From the human T2T-CHM13v2.0 reference genome, Homo sapiens: a stretch of DNA of 64,000 bases. Within the stretch, counting starts at the first letter, position 1. Every line of letters starts with the position of its first letter. This document shows, one piece after another, positions 56,801 through 64,000 of this stretch. A program made the position numbers and the translations under genes. The stretch lies in NCBI RefSeq assembly GCF_009914755.1, contig NC_060933.1. One strand, written 5' to 3'. The notes under the pieces are model-generated. The model was not told where the DNA came from. It worked only from the letters and a program-made list of their open reading frames with translations, and made no database searches.

Positions 56801-59800
56801 ATGGAATGGAATGGAATGGAATGGAATGGAATGGAATGGAATGGAATCAACCCGACTGCAGGGGAATGGAATGGAATGGAATGGAATGGAATGGAATGCA
56901 ATCAACCCGAGTAAAATGGAATAGAATGGAATGGAATGGAATAGAATGGAATGGAATGGAATGGAATGGAATGGAATGCCTTCAAACCGAATGGAATGGA
57001 AAGGAATGGGATCAACACGAGTGGAATGGAATGGAAGGGAATGGAATGGAATGGAATGGAATGATACGGAATAGAATGGAATGGAACGAAATGGAATGGA
57101 TTGGAATGGAATGGAATGGAATGGAATGGAATGGAATCGTTCCAAGTGGAATAGGAGGGAATGTATTCGAGTGGAATGGAAAGGAATGGAATCAACCAGA
57201 GTGGAATGGAAGGGAATGGAATGGAATGGAAACTAATAGAATGGAATCAACCCGAGTGGAATGGAATGGAAAGGACTGGAATGGAATGGAATGGAATGGA
57301 ATGGAATGGAATCAACTCGATTGGAATGGAATGGAATGGAATGGAATGGAATGGAATTTAATTAACCCGAATACAATGGAATGGAATGGAAAGCAACGGA
57401 ATGGAGTGGAATGGAATGGAATCAACCCGAGTGCAGGGGAATGGAATGGAATGGAATGCAATGGAATGGAATCAACCTGAGTGCAATCGAATTGAATCGA
57501 ATGGAATGGAATGCAATGGAATGGATTCAACTTGAATGGAATGGAAAGAATGGAATCAACACGAGTGGAATGGCATGGATTGGAATGGAATGGAATGGAA
57601 TCAACCCGAGTACAGGGGAATGGAATGGAATGGAATGCAATGGAATGGAATCATCAGTAATGGAATTGAAAGGAATGGAATGGAATGGAATGGAATGGAA
57701 TCAACTCGATTGCAATCGAATGGAATGAAATGGAATTAACCCGAATAGAATGGAATGGAATGGAATGGAACGGAATGGAATGGAATGGAATGGAATGGAA
57801 TGGAATGGAACGGAATGGAATGGAATGGAAAGGAATGGAATGGAATGGAATCAACGCGAGTGCAGGGGAATGGAATGGAATGGAATGCAATGGAATGGAA
57901 TCTTCTGGAATGGAATGGAATGGAATGGAATGGAATGAAATGCAATGGATTCAACTCGATTGCAATGGAATGGAATAGAATGGAATGGAAAGGAATGGAA
58001 TGGAATTAATCCGAATAGAATGGAATGGAATGGAATGGAACGGAATGGAACGGAATGGAATGGAATGGAATGGAATGGAATGGTATGGAATGGAATGGAA
58101 TGGTACGGAATAGAATGGAATGGAACGAATTGTAATGGAATGGAATGGAATGGAATGGAATGGAATGGAATGGAATCAACGCGAGTGCAGGGGAAAGTAA
58201 TGGAACGGAATGCAATGGAATGGAATCATCCGGAATGGAATGGAATGGAATGGAATGCAATGGAATGGAGTGGAATCAACCCGAGTGCAATGGAATGGAG
58301 TGGAATGGAATGGAATGGAATGGAACAACCCGAATATAATGGAATGTAATGGAGAGTAAGGGAGTTGAATAGAATCAATCCGAATGTAATGGAATGGAAT
58401 GCTACGGAATGGAATGGAGTGGAATGGAATGGAATGCAATGGAATTGAATCAACCCGAGTACAATGGAATGGAATGGAATGGAATGGAATGGAATGGAAT
58501 GGGATGGAATGATACGAAATAGAATGGAATGGAACGAAATGGAATGGAATGGAATGGAATGGAATGGAATGCACTCGTTCCGAGTGGAATAGGAGGGAAT
58601 GTATTCGAGTGGAATGGAAAGGAATGGTATCAACCAGAGTGGAATGGAAGGGAATGGAATGGAATGGAAACTAATAGAATGGAATGAACCGGAGTGGAAT
58701 GGAATGGAAAGGACTGGAATGGAATGGAATGGAATGGAATCAACTCGATTGTAATGGAATGGAATGGAATGGAATGGAATGGAATGGAATGGAATTAACC
58801 CGAATACAATGGAATGGAATGGAATGGAACGGAATGGAGTGGAATGGAATGGAATCAACCTGAGAGCAGGGGAATGGAATGGAATGGAATGCAATGGAAT
58901 GGAATCATCCGGAATGGAATGGAATGGAATGGAATGCAAAGCAATGGAATCAACTTGATTGCAATGGAATGGAATGGAATGGAAAGGAATACATTGGAAT
59001 CAACCAGAGTGGAATGGAATGGAAAGGACTGGAATGGAGTGGAATGGAATGGAATGGAATGGAATGGAATGGAATGGAATGGAATCAACTTGATTGGAAT
59101 GGAATGGAATGGAATGGAATGGAATTAACACGAATAGAAAGGAATGGAATGGAAAGGAACAGAACGGAATGGAATGGAATGGAATGGAATGGAATGGAAT
59201 GGAACAACCCGAATGGAATGGAATGTAATGGAGAGTAAGGGAGTTGAATAGAATCAATCCGAATGTAATCGAATAGAATGGAGTCAACCCGAGTGCAGGG
59301 GAATGGAATGGAATGGAATGCAATGGAATGGAATCATCCGGAATGGAATGGAATGGAATGCAATAGAATGGAATGGAATGGAATCAACCCGAGTGCAATG
59401 GAATGGAGTGAAATGGAATGGAATGGAATGGAAACAACCAGAATGGATTGGAATATAATGGAGTGTAAGGGAATTGAATAGAATAAATCTGTATGTAATG
59501 AAATGGAATGGAACGGAATGGAATGGAATGGAATGGAATGGAATGGAATGCAATGGAATGGAATCAACCCGAGTGCAATCGAATGGAATCGAATGGAATG
59601 GAATGCAATGGAATGGATTCAACTTGAATGGAAAGGAAAGAATGGAATCAACACGAGTGGAATGGCATGGATTGGAATGGAATGGAATGGAATCAACCCG
59701 AGTACAGGGGAATGGAATGGAATGGAATGCAATGGAATGGAATCATCCGTAATGGAATGGAAAGGAATGGAATGGAATGGAATGGAATGGAATGGAATGG

Positions 59801-62800
59801 AATGGAATCAACTCGATTGCAATCGAATGGAATGGAATGGAATTAACCGAATAGAATGGAATGGAATGGAATGGAACGGAACGGAATGGAATGGAATGGA
59901 ATGGAATGGAATGGAATGGAATGGAACGGAAAGGAAGTGAATGGAATGGAATAGAATGGAATGGAATGGAATCAACGCGAGTGCAGGGGAATGGAATGGA
60001 ATGGAATGCAATGGAAAGGAATCTTCCGGAATGGAATGGAATGGAATGGAATGGAATGGAATGGAATGGAATCAACCCGAGTGCAATGGAATGGAGTGGA
60101 ATGGAATGGAATGGAATGGAACAACCTGAATGGAATGGAATGGAATGGAGAGTAAAGGAGTTGAATAGAATCAATCCGAATGTAATGGAATGGAATGCAA
60201 CGGAATGGAATGGAATGGAATGGAATGGAATCAAACCGAGTGCAATCGAATGGAATCGAATGGAATGGAATGCAATGGAATGGATTCAACTTGAATGGAA
60301 TGGAAAGAATGGAATCAACACGAGTGGAATGGCATGGACTGGAATGGAACGGAATGGAATCAACACGAGTACAGGGGAATGGAAGGGAATGGAATTCAAT
60401 GGAATGGAATCATCAGTAATGGAATGGAAAGGAATGGAATGGAATGGAATGGAATGGAATCAACTCGATTGCAATCGAATGGAATGGAATGGAATTAACC
60501 CGAATAGAATGGAATGGAATGGAACGGAACGGAACGGAACGGAATGGAATGGAATGGAATGGAATGGAATGGAATGGAACGGAACGGAATGGAATGGAAT
60601 GGAATGGAATGGAATGGAATGGAATGGAATCAACGCGAGTGCAGGGGAATTGAATGGAATGGAATGCAATGGAATGGAATCTTCCGTAATGGAATGGAAT
60701 GGAATGCAATGGAATGAAATGCAATGGATTCAACTCGATTGCAATGGAATGGAATAGAATGGAATGGAATGGAATGGAATGGAATTAATCCGAATAGAAT
60801 GGAATGGAATGGAATGGAACGGAATGGAACGGAATGGAATGGAATGGAATGGAATCGAATGGAATGGAATGGTATGGAATGGAATGGAATGGTACGGAAT
60901 AGAATGGAATGGAACGAATTGTAATGGAATGGAATTGAATGGAATGGAATGGAATGGAATGGAATCAAAGCGACTGCAGGGGAATGTAATGGAACGGAAA
61001 GCAATGGAATGGAATCATCCGGAATGGAATGGAATGGAATGGAATGGAATGGAATCAACCCCAGTGCAATGGAATGGAGTGGAATGGAATGGAATGGAAT
61101 GGAACAACCCGAATGGAATGGAATGTAATGGAGAGTAAGGGAGTTGAATAGAATCAATCCGAATGTAATGGAATGGAATGCAACGGAATGGAATGGAATG
61201 GAATGGAATGGAATGCAATGGAATGGAATCAACCCGAGTACAATGGAATGGAATGGAATGGAATGGAATTTAATGGAATGGAATGGAATGGAATGGAATG
61301 ATACGGAATAGAATGGAATGGAACGAAATGGAATGGAATGGAATGGAATGGAATGGAATGGAGTGGAATGGAATGGAATGGAATGGAATCGTTCCGAGTG
61401 GAATAGGAGGGAATGTTTTCGAGTGGAATGGAAAGGAATGGAATCAACCAGAGTGGAATGGAAGGGAATGGAATGGAATGGAAACTAATAGAATGGAATC
61501 AACCCGAGTGGAATGGAATGGAAAGGACTGGAATGGAATGGAATGGAATGGAGTCAACTCGATTGTAATGGAATGGAATGGAATGGAATGGAATGGAATG
61601 GAATGGAATGGAATGGAATTAACCCGAATACAATGGAATGGAATGGAATGGAACGGAATGGAGTGGAATGGAATGGAATCAAACTGAGTGCAGGGGAATG
61701 GAATGGAATGGAATGCAATGGAATGGAATCAACCCGAGTGCAATCGAATGGAATCGAATGGAATGGAATGCAATGGAATGGATTCAACTTGAATGGAATG
61801 GAAAGAATGGAATCAAGGAATCAACACGAGTGGAATGGCACGGATTGGAATGGAATGGAATGGAATCAACCCGAGTATAGGGGAATGGAATGGAATGGAA
61901 TGCAATGGAATGGAATCATCCGTAATGGAATGGAAAGGAATTGAATCGAATGGAATGGAATGGAATGGAATGGAATCAACTCGATTGCAATCGAATGGAA
62001 TGGAATGGAATTAACCCGAATAGAATGGAATGGAATGGAATGGAAAGGAACGGAATGGAATGGAATGGAATGGAATGGAATGGAATGGAACGGAAAGGAA
62101 GGGAATGGAATGGAAAAGAATGGAATGGAATGGAATCAACGCGAGTGCAGGGGAATGGAATGGAATGGAATGCAATGGAATGGAATCATCCGTAAAGGAA
62201 TGGAAAGGAATGGAATGGAATGCAATGGAATGGAATGGAATGGAATGGAATGGAAACAACTCGATTGCAATCGAATGGAATGGAATGAAATTAACCCGAA
62301 TAGAATGGAATGGAATGGAATGGAACGGAACGGAATGGAATGGAATGGAATGGAATGGAATGGAAAGGAAAGGAAGGGAATGGAATGGAATAGAATGGAA
62401 TGGAATGGAATCAACGCGAGTGCAGGGGAATGGAATGGAATGGAATGCAATGGAATGGAATCTTCCGGAATGGAATGGAATGGAATGGAATGGAATGGAA
62501 TGGAATGGAATCAACCCGAGTGCAATGGAATGGAGTGGAATGGAATGGAATGGAATGGAACAACCCGAATGGAATGGAATGTAATGGAGAGTAAGGGAGT
62601 TGAAAACAATCAATCCGAATGTAATGGAATGGAATGGAATGGAATGGAATGGAATGGAATGGAATGGAATGGAATGCAATGGAATGGAATCAACCCGAGT
62701 ACAATGGAATGGAATGGAATGGAATGGAATGGAATGGAATGGAATGGAATGGAATGGAATGCAATGGAATGCAATGGAATGGAATCTTCAGGAATGGAAT

Positions 62801-64000
62801 GGAATGGAATGGAATGGAATGGAATGCAATGGATTCAACTCGATTGCAATGGAATGGAATAGAATGGAATGGAATGGAATGGAATGGAATGGAATTAAAC
62901 CGAATAGAATGGAACGGAATGGAATGGAACGGAACAGAACGGAACGGAACGGAACGGAGTGGAATGGAATGGAATGGAATTGTATGGAATGGAATGGAAT
63001 GGTACGGAATAGAATGGAATGGAAAGAATTGGAATGGAATGGAATCGTATGGAATGGAATGGAATGGAATGGAATGGAATCAACCCGAGTGCAGGGGAAT
63101 GTAATGGAACGGAATGCAATGGAATGGAATCATCCGGAATGGAATGGAATGGAATGGAATGGAATGGAATGGAATGGAATCAACTCGATTGCAATCGAAT
63201 GGAATGGAATGGAATTAACCCGAATAGAATGGAATGGAATGGAACGGAACGGAATGGAATGGAATGGAATGGAATGGAATGGAATGGAACGGAATGGAAT
63301 GGAATGGAATGGAATGGAATCAACGCGAGTGCAGGGGAATGGAATGGAATGGAATGCAATGGAATGGAAACTTCCGGAATGGAATGGAATGGAATGGAAT
63401 GGAATGAAATGCAATGGATTCAACTCCATTGCAATGGAATGGAATAGAATGGAATGGAATGGAATGGAATGGAATTAATTCGAATAGAATGGAATGGAAT
63501 GGAATAGAACGGAATGGAACGGAATGGAATGGAATGCAATGGAATGGAATCGTATGGAATGGAATGGAATGGTACGGAATAGAATGGAATGGAACGAATT
63601 GTAATGGAATGGAATGGAATGGAATGGAATGGAATGGAAAGGAATCAACGCGAGTGCAGGGGAATGTAATAGAACGGAATGCAATGGAATGGAATCATCC
63701 GGAATGAAATGGAATGGAATGGAATGGAATGGAATGGAATCAACCCGAGTGCAATGGAATGGAGTGGAATGGAATGGAATGGAATGGAACAACCCGAATG
63801 GAATGGAATGTAATGGAGAGTAAGGGAGTTGAATAGAATCAATCCGAATGTAATGGAATGGAATGCAACGGAATGGAATGGAATGGAATGGAATGGAATG
63901 CAATGGAATTGAAACAACCCGAGTACAATGGAATGGAATGGAATGGAATGGAATGGAATGGAATGGAATGATACGGAATAGAATGGAATGGAACGAAATG

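Larger units (their letters stand above)
1..64000 (+). repeat. Human satellite III (HSat3) pericentromeric array, (GGAAT)n with CAACCCGAGT-type interruptions; G-rich strand is +; the array runs off both window ends
   Basis: Every line is GGAAT pentamers or single-base variants (GCAAT, GTAAT, GGAAC, GGAAA, AGAAT, GGAGT), interrupted by CAAC(C/G/A/T)CGA(G/T)T 10-mers. This is the classical Satellite III signature ((ATTCC)n plus ACTCGGGTTG on the other strand). No non-satellite sequence is seen. Chromosome and subfamily cannot be fixed from the sequence alone; an HSat3B-type, chr9q12-like array is plausible. Confidence 0.97.

Noticed and set aside
14-63917. Hundreds of ORFs (60-410 aa) on both strands
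   Set aside because: (GGAAT)n has no stop codon in any frame and an ATG every 15 nt per frame. Translations are poly-MEWNG or poly-IPFHS overlapping in all frames, with no domain, splice or promoter context. They are not CDS.
1-64000. CRISPR-like repeat/spacer appearance of the recurring CAACCCGAGT or TAAGGGAGTTGAATAGAATCAATCC motifs
   Set aside because: The intervening sequence is GGAAT repeat rather than unique spacers, spacing is irregular, and there are no cas genes or leader.
1-64000. HSat2, alpha satellite, telomeric repeat or the DYZ1 ~3.6 kb unit
   Set aside because: There is no (CATTCGATTC)-dominated HSat2 pattern, 171 bp alphoid monomer or TTAGGG tract, and no regular 3.6 kb or 1.8 kb period is visible.
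1-64000. Transposon insertion (Alu/L1) or strand inversion within the array
   Set aside because: No poly-A tail, non-satellite segment or (ATTCC)n tract on the + strand anywhere. The longest A-run I noticed is 6 (~44010).

Overview
The whole 64 kb window is one uninterrupted, single-orientation array of classical human/great-ape Satellite III (HSat3): (GGAAT)n on the + strand, punctuated every ~30-80 bp by variants of the diagnostic 10-mer CAACCCGAGT. I find no genes, RNA genes, transposon insertions, inversions or CRISPR arrays. All listed ORFs are stop-free readings of the pentamer (poly-MEWNG / poly-IPFHS). The interest lies in the internal organisation. (1) The array is built from a small set of ordered sequence modules (here called A-G), reshuffled by duplication and recombination rather than forming one fixed higher-order repeat. 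(2) A ~0.85 kb core unit recurs, and two paralogous modules (A, B) sit exactly 175 bp apart in 16 copies. (3) About 48 perfect three-unit heat-shock elements (gGAAt-cTTCc-gGAAt) occur at a fixed module position, and a derived variant creates a canonical ETS site at four positions. (4) Recent duplications are nested at every scale from 8 bp to ~5 kb, with long-range paralogous blocks 21.8, 26.9 and 36.4 kb apart. I see no new protein-coding system. The best candidate for undescribed biology is a modular transcription-factor-binding satellite grammar. All counts and offsets were read by eye; block edges are approximate to about +/-30 bp.
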